From: Mytilus californianus
Lineage: Eukaryota
DNA: 64,000 bases
Assembly (NCBI RefSeq): GCF_021869535.1
Contig: NW_026262712.1
Coordinates: 86,924,001 to 86,988,000 of the forward strand
Direction of reading: 5' to 3'
Positions within the stretch are counted from its first letter, which is position 1; the number at the start of each line of letters is the position of its first letter. Both the position numbers and the translations under genes were made by a program. The notes below the pieces were generated by a model, which was given only the letters and a program-made list of their open reading frames with translations, was not told the DNA's origin and made no database searches. Shown one piece after another: positions 51,491-63,585 of this stretch.

Positions 51491-52892
51491 AAATGTTTAA
51501 TATTTCCAACTGTAAGGTATTGTTTTAATGATATTGTATTTGTTACATGTATTAAATGGTATGTATGGCATGTATATGCTTAAGTTGTTGAAAATATATT
51601 AAAAAAAAAACAAATATCATCATAGTTTTACAATGTGTAACAAAAAACATAACAAAATATTCCTTGGAGAACATGATTATAGACAGCTTTCTTTAAAACT
51701 GATTTCTCAATTGCATTGTTGGCTTTTTATCAAAGAAAATATGGTATAATTGTAAAAGAGGTAACTTTTCACTAAAGACCAAATGACAAGGATGTAAACA
51801 AAATACATGTTACTGTACGGTTTGAACAACGAACAAAAACCATACCTTATAGTAAGCTATGAAAAACAATGGAACAACACAATGTAATTTTATTCTGTAG
51901 CTGTTACTACACATTGTACATACTGTTAGTGATTTTCGCTAAATTTGACTCTGAGCTGAGTGAGGCTTATCCTTTGTAAAAACGTTAAAAGTAATGCGAC
52001 TCAAAGGCTGTATAAAACGCGCTACACATACATATTTTGTTTATTTAAAACATATACATTCAACTTTTATGTCACAAACACGCGAATATAAACGTACATA
52101 CATGAAAAGAAGTGTAAAAAATGCCATGGATTTTGATAAAACAATATTTTTGATAATACAAAAATGATAACAGGAATTGCCAAAATTTTTGAAAGTATAA
52201 CACCATGCGACAAAACCAACTCCTCAAACAAATACAAACAAAGACAAACAACCACGAACAACACATGGTCCAATAGCTTGGTAAAGACATGAAAAGTGGT
52301 GGAATTTAACTAATTTTAAGCAAGCACAAACCTCTTCTTTTGCCTCAAATGGACTTTCTGTCGTAAAAGAAATACACATATTAAAGATAAAGTCATATTC
52401 CAGTTACCAACTAACTAGAATAAGGGTAGGCACTCTATTTAAAAAAAAAAGTAGGGCCAAAATGTACTCGCCAATACAGGAACCTAGCTAAGGTAATATA
52501 CGAACCGTGAAACGACCGATCGTGCTGAAAATTCATAAGATGTGACAAATCATCATATTTCAAATTGAAGATCGGAAAATGCGTGTCCATATTGGTGTTA
52601 AGTTTCCCTTGACAAGCTGCTCTGAGGCGTCAAATTGGATCGATCACTTTTATACCCATGTCCGGCGGGTTTTTCGCAGTTACTTAAAAGTGTTTGTTAT
52701 TCGTATCTATTATATGTATTCTGTACAAATTCAAAAATTCTAAATCAGATGAGATCGGGACGATCATCGTGAATTGTTTTCAATTAAGGCCATCGTCATA
52801 TTGTTAGACTTTTTAGATTATACAAGAATAACTTTTCAATTTACCATTGTAATTACCTTCACTGATATGGTCCTTTTCTGTAAATTTTCTGT

Positions 52893-53070
52893 TTATAAAA
52901 TTTAGATTTTTTCGAAACGCTATGGTTTTCTACCCCCAGGCATAGATAGTCTTAACCGTATTTGTCACATCTTTTCGGAATTTCTGTATTGCAATGCTCT
53001 TCAACTTCGAGTTTGACTTGGCCCTTCAATTTTTTGCCATTCGAGTGCCACTGATGGACCTAATGTAGCA
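52893..53070 (+). mobile_element. Decayed retrozyme-like repeat, truncated within the hammerhead core
   Basis: Reverse-complement similarity to 54776-54955. Ends TCGAGTGCCACTGATGG. Confidence 0.55.
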
Positions 53071-54775
53071 TCTTTGATGAGATTTTACAAGAAATTCAAG
53101 AAGTACATTAAGTAAACCATGGCTAATTGTTTTTTTTTTTTTAAATATTCGGACGCATCGATCATGAAAATTGAAGAAAATGACACTAATTATTGTTTCA
53201 CCCGAATAGTTCTGTTCTTCCCCGTGATCGACTGTCCAACACGAGAGGCCTTTTTGGCCTCCTGAAAAAGAGAGGCGAAAGATACCAAAGGGACATTCAA
53301 ACTCATAGGTCGAAAATAAACTGACACCGCCATGTCAAAAAAGAAAAAAGACCAATAGACAAACAACAGTATTCAAAACACAACATAGAAAACGAAAGAC
53401 TGAGCAACACGAACCCCACCAAAACCCGAGGTGATCTCAGGTACTCCAATAGAGTAAGCAGACCCTGCTCCACAGGTAGCACCTGTCGTATTGATCATGT
53501 AAGTACAAACCCGGTGATAAGTCTTATTCGGTAGATCACATTCTGGGAAAAGTAGGAAATGGATTGTGATTACGAAAAATGAACGATTTTGAGGACGGAC
53601 GTCTAGTGATGAAAATAGTTCACAAGGAACTTCGGTTCAATGTGGGCTTAATAAACGTCACATTTCCGTATATAATAAGCTGTTACAGTAGGGATTATCA
53701 TGAATTTGACAAACTAATACAGACATTTGTTGTGGTTGTAGGATCCAACTTTCAGTTATTTTATACATTTGTATTTCACTTCGAAGTTGTATTAATCTGA
53801 CTTTGCTATTAAGCCATATGGACAACTTTTTTTCTTTTTCTTTTTCCTTTTCTTTCAGATAGTTTAATTTTGTTAAGTTATTTTTGTTATTTTTGTTTCT
53901 ACATTTCAATGGTAAAAAGTCCAAATATATAGTAACGAAAAATAACATTATTTCGAAATTTCAAAAAATCAAATCAAATCAAATAAATTACATGTACTAT
54001 GTTAATTACTCCATTTCCCTGTATTCATAGTTATTTGATAGACTAAACTTACTACACAAACGACTGTACTTGTCCCAAAACAACTTGAAAATGATATTTT
54101 CCCAGGTAAGATTGACAAGTTCAAATAAGTGTGTGATACCGACATGCCTTTCTGGAATTACCTTAAGCTTCATAAGGCATAAGGTCGTTAATAGGAAGGA
54201 AAACCAAATTATAAATATACTTAAAAGAGTCCTTAAACAGAACAACTAAAAACATTTAAAGAGTCAACTTTGCCTCAAAGATTGCAATCATAATTCATGT
54301 AAATTTACAATTAATTTAAGACCTGGCCACTGCGAAAATGGTACATTCGCGGGCTAAGAGTCTGCCATCATTTGTAACGACACAGGGATAGTAAAATAAA
54401 CCTAAGATAAAAATTTCCGAACGCACAATGCGTGTTTTTAAGCTTCTTTGGATACCTACTGTTTTGTGAGACAAATACATACAAAAGTTTAGGAGTCGGT
54501 AAATTTCAAGTCATTATCTATTGGTGTTTAAGTTACGGTTGCAGCATCCTGGGGCAAAAGTGCTGTTCTCTTTAGGACCTTTGGTTTCTAAACGCTCCAA
54601 TAGTTTATATTTTTGGCTTTCCAAACGTTTGGTTTCCAGCATACCTGATGGATGTTATTCCCGTAGCATGTGTTGAACGCATGATAATCATATCATATGG
54701 GTTTTTTTGGCACCCTAAAAACGGAAACTGGGCGAGTGTTCATTTGTTTTATCAATGAGATAAAAAGTAAGCTAT

Positions 54776-54955
54776 GTAAATAAACTCATCATAGATACCA
54801 GGGTTAAATTTTTGTACGCCAGACAATTTTCATCTTCAAAAGACTCATCAGTGAGGCTCGAATAAAAAAAGTTGAAATGACCAAATAAGGTACGAAGTTA
54901 AAGAGCATTGAAGACCAAAATTCTGAGAAATTTTGCCAAATACAGCTAAGGTTAG
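54776..54955 (-). mobile_element. Retrozyme-like repeat with degenerate type I hammerhead ribozyme
   Basis: The minus strand reads CA-CTGATGA-GTC-TTTTGAA-GAT-GAAA-ATTGTC-TGGCG. The core boxes are present, stem II is nearly intact and stem III is damaged. Confidence 0.6.
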
Positions 54956-56004
54956 AGACCCAGTTATAAGTTTTTCACAAAATTTTTCAAATCCAAAACT
55001 TGATGAATTATTAGGTAAAATAGACGTACAATACAACGTGTTTTTTTTAAATATCATTCGAACAGGAAGCAACGAAACTAATTTTAGGCACGTTTACGAA
55101 CGGTTTAAAAATACTTGGACTTCTTTATAATAAATCACATTTTTCAATCGGCTTGGGCTGTCACTAGAGTCAATATCATTCAGCCAATACGAAAAAAGAC
55201 ATGACATCATGTCAGTATTTAACCAATCTGCCTATCTTTGAACAATTCATCGTATTAAAAAATCTATTTAGACACTGTAGCATGCGAGTGTATTCGGTTG
55301 TCATAAATCTACCGATCTGAAGCTGTTTTATATGTGGTATCAACAATTTTAATATCGCAGAGAATGGAATTTCCCCTGTGACAATTTATACTAATTTTAT
55401 AACCAAACTGTTCCAGTCATTGAACATATGCTTTTAAATTATTTATCGGTGACTTAATAATGGACATTTTCTATAAATAGTGCATTCGTATTTTATTTTT
55501 TAATATACTTCTTCCTCGCAACGATTAACAACGTATAAAGTTGAGAAGACAAACAGGTAAGATTTAGACCTATTACAATGGTCAATATACTATACACCCG
55601 ACGTCATTTTTTCGATAATTTTATATATAGTACCATTATGCTTTAATTTAATTATTATAGAATACTAATGAAAGAAGAAAGCGATTAACATCTTCTTCCT
55701 GATGTATGTTTCTTTTCATATAAAATGGCTTCAAACAAAAGAATGGAATGTCATATACGCCATTAAAATAAAAATGAGCCTTTGATATAGTAGCTATGAT
55801 GTGCAGCGAAGCTATGCAGGCTAGTGCAAAATGTCCATTACAGTTCAATACATGATACACAGGTAAATATCCTACAGATAACAGATAATCTTGAATATAT
55901 AGATCAGTCAATGGGAACGCCATGCATCGGTTCCACGCTTGCGGCTACTCTACCTGAGGGGTGTCAGTTTGACTTTGAGGGATGTATAAATACACTGTTA
56001 CGTC

Positions 56005-56449
56005 ACAAGGAAGCTATTAAACCAAGAGTTCCAAATGGTGAGGTTGAAGTCATCTCTTCGTAAATTTTACGGACGCCATCACGAGTTGGTTGACCGTTAT
56101 GGAATAACCGTTTCACAGATGATATCGGATATGTTCCTTATGTCGTAACTACAATACCCTCCCTTTTCACGAATGTGACTTACCGAATTAGACTATTCAC
56201 CGGATTTGTAATAACATAAGTAACACGACGGGTGCCACATGTTGAGCAGGATCTGCTTACCCTTCCGGAGCACCTGAGATCACCCCCAGTTTTTGGTGGG
56301 GTTCGTGTTGCTTAGTCTTTGGTTTTCTATGTTGTGTCATCTGTACTATTATTTGTCTGTTTGTCTTTTTATTTTTGGTCATGGCGTTGTCAGTTTGTTT
56401 TCGATCCATGAGCTTGACTGTCCCTCTGGTATCTTTCGTCCCTCTTTTA
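56005..56449 (+). mobile_element. Penelope-like element 3' end (last 46 codons plus 3' UTR)
   Basis: RKLLNQEFQMVRLKSSLRKFYGRHHELVDRYGITVSQMISDMFLMS* (56008-56148). The UTR recurs at 44630-44760(+), 53270-53720(-), 57020-57250(+), 59505-59700(+) and 60680-60915(-). Confidence 0.65.
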
Positions 56450-57537
56450 CGTCCGTTTTGCTGTGCGTGATACTAGTATATAAAAACATAAACACTTCCG
56501 GAAAGAAACATTAGCATAAAAGATACATAAATTTTTATTAATTGTGACTTAAATGTGTCCTTAGTCTACATGTTTGGAGGTTTTGCGCGCTCAAAACCTG
56601 GTTCGACCTACTGCCTTCATTCAAAGGTTTGTGTAAAAACTTAGGAATTTGACAGTCAATGGAAAATTTTAAAATGAGGTTCGTTTGAAAAGTTTTTCCT
56701 AAAACAGTCAGTATGATGGGCCTTGATGTTTTCGTTATCTATCTTGTATAACGTACATTGATATTAAGAATTGCCAAAAAAAGACAAAACTGTACAGCCA
56801 AAAATAATAACATAATAGAGTTGTATCCTTAGTTTTTGAAAATTAACCAAATCTATCAACTGTGATTTTATTTTTATAATATTGAATCATTATGTGAAAG
56901 TATGACAGAAGTGAGGACGGACAACCAGAAGGATATCTAAAATAAATAATTTATTAAAATAATCTTGGAAAGTGGTTAAGTTGTCTTTGTCCGAGTTGAC
57001 ATGCACTTATGATGTACTAACCACGAACAGTATGATGGGTGCCACATGTGGAGCAGAATCTGTCTACCCTTCCGGAGAACATGATATGACCACCGGTTTT
57101 TCGTGGGGTTAATGTTACTTCGTCTTTAGTCTAAGTAGTGTTTTGTCAACTTATTTGTCTTTTCGTGTGTTGTCCGTTTTTAGCCATGGCATTGTCAGTT
57201 TCTCATAGACTTATGATTGTTGAATACCTTGGTATCATTCGCCTCTTTCTTAGCTCTTCGTTTCAACTTTAGGTATTTATTCATTGGAATTGTTTTATTT
57301 AATATTGCTAACTCTTACCGTAATTTGTAAACGTCACTGTAGTATTTATTTGTTTATTTTTTCTTGTAGCCATCCCTGATTTGTATAGAAAAGTGACCAA
57401 ACCGGATGGTAAATCGATTTCAGGATCTGAATTCATCATGGCGCATGACATCAACTAATAACAAGATTAAGAATACTTACTTTTGATTAGTACAAATAAC
57501 TTATACATAGTCTTTGCTTTATTTTAGATAAACAATT

Positions 57538-59100
57538 ATGAATATAAATGATTTACCGGCAGAGATGCTGATTGAGATATTCACTTACCTACCAGAATGG
57601 GATTTCCTTAGAAATGCTCGCCATGTCTGTCAATTATGGAATCTTATTTCTACATCACCGATCCTTCGACAAAATGTGGAGCTAAATAAATACATGGATT
57701 CATTCGCATATCCCCTGAAATATTTCTCGGCCATACAACTCTATATAAAGAAACTTGTTATGCATTCTACGTATATACAGACATTCGAGAAACATTATCA
57801 AGATGTGAAATTTGAAAATCTTAAATCATTGCACATCACTAGTAAGGTTCAGTGTACTTGGTGGCCAAATTCTGTATTCAATAACTTTTTCTCTATGTTC
57901 CCAAACTTTCAGATAATCAAGATCACTCCTGACTTTTGGAAAGACGCTGAAAATTGTTTATATGCATTATCTAAATACTCGATCATTGAATTAGACTTTG
58001 GATATTATGGTAGCACAGTGTATGGTGGCAACCTACACGATTTGCACTATAGGTTTATACAATTTGTGCATGGTCAAAGAAGTTTGAAAATCTTAAAAAT
58101 CAGGGCGTCGCATTATTTTGCGGAAAATACAGTGGCGCAAATTTTGGAAATATGTCCAACGTTAACATCGTTGAATATTTCAGGAGCCTATGTATCAGCG
58201 GAATCCTTCAAAATGTCCACAAATGGTTTGGCTTTAACTGAGTTTTCTATGAAATCGCAAAGCGAGTTTGGAGATGACGACTTGGAGGCGTTAACAAAAC
58301 GTACTTCGTGTTTAAAAACTCTAAATATTGAAGGTTGTAGTTTGATAACAGAACGTGGCTTTCTCCATATTGCATTTAATTGTTCTCATCTCAAGAGGCT
58401 ATTTATTGGAGAATTAAATTCGAATTGTGTAACTGACTTATCTAGTGACGTCATCACAAAAATAGCAAAAGCCTGTCCTCATCTGGAATTCCTTTCTGCA
58501 ATTGGCTGTTCAAAACTTGAAGACGACTGTATAATGGATCTGGCATCGTCATGCGGCAGTCTTCTGGGTATAAATCTAAACGGTTGTACCAATATTACAG
58601 ATATTTCATTATTTGCACTAGCTGACCATTGTCCATTGCTGAATGTGTGCGAGATACGAAACAGTGCTATATCCCTCAAAGGCGCAATGTATTTAATACA
58701 GAATTGCAAAGGACTTACCAAATTGAATACGTCGAACTGCAACAATATTGATGACACAAATGTGTCCGAACTTGAAAATATGTTGGATACACAGAGTCAA
58801 ACCTACCAACCAAGAACAAATTCGTCAATCAATAGTGAACTCGATATGTCTAGATCCAAAATGCATTGTTTCCACGCTCACTTGAAAGACTTGGATCTTA
58901 GTGAAAGCATGCATGTTACAAGAACATTAGTAACCAAGTTAACTAAAATATTACCAGATTTGATATCTCTTAGGTTATCAATATCTGCTGATATTGATTC
59001 AGATAAAGAATGGTTCCAGGAAATTTTTGAGAACTGTGTTTGTTTGTCCGAATTCAAACTATCTACAACAACAATTCGGAGGCAAGATTACTTGAAGTAA
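57538..59100 (+). CDS. F-box/leucine-rich repeat protein (FBXL-like, AMN1-type LRRs), single coding exon, 520 aa
   Basis: N-terminal F-box INDLPAEMLIEIFTYLPEWDFLRNARHVCQLWNLI. Cys-containing LRRs, e.g. LKTLNIEGCSLITERGFLHIAFNC and LNGCTNITDISLFALADHC. Splice acceptor at 57527 with an in-frame TAA just upstream of the ATG. Candidate 5'UTR exon 57370-57408. Confidence 0.9.
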   Translation: MNINDLPAEMLIEIFTYLPEWDFLRNARHVCQLWNLISTSPILRQNVELNKYMDSFAYPLKYFSAIQLYIKKLVMHSTYIQTFEKHYQDVKFENLKSLHITSKVQCTWWPNSVFNNFFSMFPNFQIIKITPDFWKDAENCLYALSKYSIIELDFGYYGSTVYGGNLHDLHYRFIQFVHGQRSLKILKIRASHYFAENTVAQILEICPTLTSLNISGAYVSAESFKMSTNGLALTEFSMKSQSEFGDDDLEALTKRTSCLKTLNIEGCSLITERGFLHIAFNCSHLKRLFIGELNSNCVTDLSSDVITKIAKACPHLEFLSAIGCSKLEDDCIMDLASSCGSLLGINLNGCTNITDISLFALADHCPLLNVCEIRNSAISLKGAMYLIQNCKGLTKLNTSNCNNIDDTNVSELENMLDTQSQTYQPRTNSSINSELDMSRSKMHCFHAHLKDLDLSESMHVTRTLVTKLTKILPDLISLRLSISADIDSDKEWFQEIFENCVCLSEFKLSTTTIRRQDYLK

Positions 59101-61156
59101 TAAGTGTATCGTATGTGGGTTTTTTGATGCTCAAACTTTCAAAGTATCTTGATATTAGTAATGAAAAATACCAGTACATCGTGAAAGTCGTGTGGCTGGA
59201 ATTAAGAAAACGTTATGAGTGTGCCTTTCAATTGATTTATTCATGCAGTGTCTTCTTGATTTCGGCATTTTCACATTTGTTTTAGTTTTTTATTCAGTTT
59301 TGATAGCTATCCTTGTTGAGGTCTCAAAATGAAACAAGGATATCAGTGTTTTTTTTTTATCACTGCTTCAGTATTGATATAAATAATTTTTCAATAATTC
59401 ACCTTGTCAAATGTATGTCATATTTCGTACTTTCATGTATTTTTTTTTTTTTTTCAAAAAGAAAAAAAAATTGTATTTACAGTACCACTAATGGAGCAAT
59501 TGCTTAATCTTTCGGAACATATGAGTTCTTCCGGGTTTTGGTGGGGATCCATGTTGCTCAATCTTTAGTTTTCTGTGTAGTGTATTGTGTCTTGTTGTTT
59601 GTTGTTGGTCTTGTAGTCTTGACCTTTTTTGGTCATGCTTTTATCTGTTTTTCTTCGACGTTTGATTTTTGATTGCCTTTGGTATTTTATCTCCTTTCTT
59701 GATTGCATATAGATGATATATTCTAAGTAGGACAATCCAATTTTGTCTTAACACACAAATGAATCTAAGTCTTTTAAAAACAGGTGATGTGGTATGATTG
59801 TCAATGGGACAATTATCCCCCAAAGACCAAAGGACGAGGATGGATGTAAAGAACTACAGGTCTCCGTATTGCCTTCAACTATAAATCCCATTCCGTGAAG
59901 AAAGCTTTAAAAAGCCCCGGCATTGCAAAATGTGAAACAAATCAAATGAGAAAACCAATGGCCTGGTTTATGCAAAAAAAAAAGTAAATGAAAAATGCTA
60001 CATGCTTTTGAATGGCCTTTTGGTGTTTGTAAGAGAATAAAGTCAAGTCTTTCCATTTTATGAGAGGACATATCATTGTAAAGTACATTCTCCAAGTTCA
60101 TGACAGGTTGATTTAACGAGTGAACAGTTGGAGGGCAAAAGGGTTTCACCACTTGAAAATTCTGCTATATATTCGTATAAAAACACATTAAAAATATTAT
60201 CATTGAGTTATTTCTTTTCCGATTTGAATGAAATGTTTACCGTTAAACATAATATGTCTGCAATTTTGTGCAATAATTTTGATCCATGTGTTTGATTTAT
60301 ATTTTTAAGGAAATAACTGTTTAAAGACAAATGGGAATTTCTGCATGAAAAAAAATGTATGGGTATAGGAAAAAGATTTACACTTGATTTAATATTTGTT
60401 TTTATGTAAGGATTTTTCTGAAAAACATGTCATAATAATATTTCATTGTAATCATAAAAATTATAGACATGTAAGAGTTTAACAGTAAAAAATTCATCAA
60501 AATCGGACATGAAATAGGATTTTGGCATACAAAAAAATGTGATTTTAAATGAAATACACTGAATTCTATTTTGTTCTGAAACATTTTGCTTCAATAGTTC
60601 ATTAATTATAATGAAATTTCCTTTTAAGGAACCTTCTAATTAACTTTTTTAAACTGATTTTTTTTTCAGATCCAACCGTGGATAAAAGAGAGACGAAAGA
60701 TAGCAAAGGGACATTCAAACTCATAAGTCGAAAATACACTGACAACGCCATGGCTTAAAAAGAAAAAGACAAACGGACAAACAATAGTACACGAAACACA
60801 ACATAGAAAACTAAAGAATGCGCAACACGAACCCCACCAAAACCTGGGGGTGATATAAGGTGCCACGGAAGGGTAAGTAGATCCTGCTCCACATGTGGCA
60901 CCCGTCGTGTTGATAAATCACATATTTTGGATATAACTTCGATTTACTCATGTAGCAGTCAATTGTAAATAAATAAAACATTCGTTAATAACAACTTTTA
61001 ATTATATTTCTATTATATAACAACATGAATGAAATGATTTTGCCTTCAAGATAAAAAAAAATAAAATATAAAAATACAAATGACAATGAACATGAATGAA
61101 ATTATTTTGCATTTAAGATTAAAAAAAAATGAAAATGACAATGAGCTGTTGTATAA

Positions 61157-63585
61157 CTAGTTAGCTTTCTTCATCCAATAATTAACCCAATCTCTACAAA
61201 GTGTGTTGCTTGAGTCTGGTTGAAAGGACATACGGATCTCAAAATCATTGTACATTCCAGATGTTTTCCATGTTGTTACTGTTTCTGTAATATATTAAAA
61301 TATCATTATACATGTATCTTATATAATACATTAAAAAAACAGTGAACAGTTTTTGTATTTATGGTTTAACAATTTACTATTGGTATTCACTTAAATATAG
61401 TCGTCTGATGTACGATTTACAAAGACCTCAAGTGTTGACTGTGGTATAAATAGTTATGGTCACCCTGAGTTCTACCTGTTAGTAGAACCAATGTCAAAGA
61501 TTGACGTCCATTTGGCTACATACGGGTTGTATGAATACGTAGCTGCGTTTGGTCGGGACATGGACGTACAATCAGATGCCTTGCAGATCTAACATTGTTA
61601 TGCTTAATTTCAGATGATATATATGCTAAATAGTGTCTTGAATTCTCTATTTACATATCTAGTATATGCTAATGTTTTTGTGGCAGATTATTGAAAATTG
61701 TCGTTAAAAAATTAACCATGTTCTTAGAGAAATGTTGGGAAATAAATGAAGAATATATATTCTATATTCTAAAACTGATAAAACGAAGAGACAATTCGAT
61801 GTGTGGTTATGTGATTTTGTGTGATGTTAACTTACCAGCTTGCTTTGAACTCGCCATGAAAGCTTTGTCACAATTGGCTGCTTTAGAACATATGGCACTG
61901 ATCATACGACTCTTTCCAATTAGCTGTTCCACTGTGGCAGCATCGTTCTGGGAGACATATATAGTCTTTACATCCTTTACTACATTCCCATCCTAAAACG
62001 ATTTAAAAGGTACAAATAACGATCTCTGTAGACAAAGCAAAGTATAAGTAGATAATGGTCTTTAAAATCACAGTTTATTTACTATGTTTCTGGGAGAAAA
62101 AGAAAAAAAGAATTTTGTTACAGTAAATAAATTGACAGTCTCCAAATGTCGTAAATAAATTGAATAGTGAATTACAATAATGTCTTGAACAGTACAGAAT
62201 GTGATCTTGTGCAATGCCAAAATAACATTGCTGAACAGACTTTCGATACAAAGAAGTTGAATCATATTATTGTAAAACTGAAAATTAAGCGAATTTCTCT
62301 CTCTCCCTCTCTCTTTGATCTATACAAACCGTTAATACATTCTATATTGTGAAACTTGGATTAAACATTTATGGTTTAAAGACGTTTGCTTATATTCGCC
62401 TTTTATATTTTCTGAAATGTTCTTAAATAGATATAGGAAGATGTGGTATGAGTGCCAATGAGACAACTCTCCATCCAAGTAACAATTTATAAAAGTAAAC
62501 CATTATAGTTCAAGGTACGGCCTTCAACACGGAGCATTGGCTCACACCGAACAGCAAGCTATGTTTGTTTTTACAATATTTACTTACATTTTTAAGAACC
62601 TCTAAGTCGTTCTTCACAGATTCCATGGTTTTTGTATCGTCCATCTCGGTGATAAAACAGTACTTGACTCTTCCGTTTCTAACACTTATTGCACCTAGTG
62701 CCTGGAAGGAAAATCAAGCTCACAATATAATTCAAGATAAAGAGAGCGGTGCTGTGTTGCATGTAACCAGTGCTCAGATGACCAATTTCTAGTATGCAAA
62801 AATTGTCGTTATACAAGTACAAGCAGTTGTGTAATTAGAAATATAAATGTAATATTTGCCGCTAGACGCTAAACACCTTCAATCAATCATTTTAGTTTGG
62901 GATGTTTCTATTTAAAAGAATTTCATTTGGTATTACCCCCTAATCAACATTTAGTACTCTTTAAACTTTTATATCTTTAAACCGTTCCAAGTTTGGCCAA
63001 CAATGCAAGCGTACATTGGTACGATTCTGGTCATATTCTGTTATTTCTTTTTGTATAGAAAATATAAATTCTATTATATACACCAAAATACACAGACAAC
63101 ATCACCAATGCTCAACCCTGACTGAAATCTCAACTTTTGAACCTTAACAAATGTCTTATATTGTTTTTAGGCTGTCAATGGACACTTTTAGACAAACAGT
63201 AAACATGTTTATGCTGATAACACAATGAACAACATGATTTGACAACCTTTTTAGAAAATCGGAATTAAAAATGAAACTTGAATGTGGAATGTGATCTGAA
63301 GGAAATTTAAGTAAATGTCATTTTATTGGAAAAATAGGAAGAATTTCTAACCACATTCTGGTTACATCAAGTAATAAGTGTTTAACATATAATTTCTACG
63401 AATATTCAAAATCAGATACTCACCGCATCAACGTCATATATGAAGAACGACGTATTGTAGCCAATAGCCTCATTGTTCGTGTCACGTGACTTCATAAACA
63501 CTACATCCAACCCATCACGGTATATTGCGCTTTCTGCTAAATCCACATTGTCAACTGTGTTAGTCCATGTTGTATTTATGAAGTT
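61157..63585 (-). pseudogene. BRICHOS-domain gene (5 exons seen, 5' end not found) with one in-frame TAG: null allele, pseudogene or short secreted-peptide precursor
   Basis: Exons 63585-63424, 62701-62588, 61992-61836, 61625-61476 and 61284-61157 are phase-consistent (0,0,1,1). BRICHOS-like motif FFIYDVDAALGAISVRNGRVKYCFITEMD...ISAICSK, then an RSAR site. TAG at 61518-61516. The last exon ends LCRDWVNYWMKKAN*. Confidence 0.72.

Noticed and set aside
61476-61589. Alternative frame ICKASDCTSMSRPNAATYSYNPYVAKW... for BRICHOS exon 4
   Set aside because: It needs phase 0, but the upstream exon ends in phase 1. The acceptor at 61626 gives a frame that also fits the final exon.
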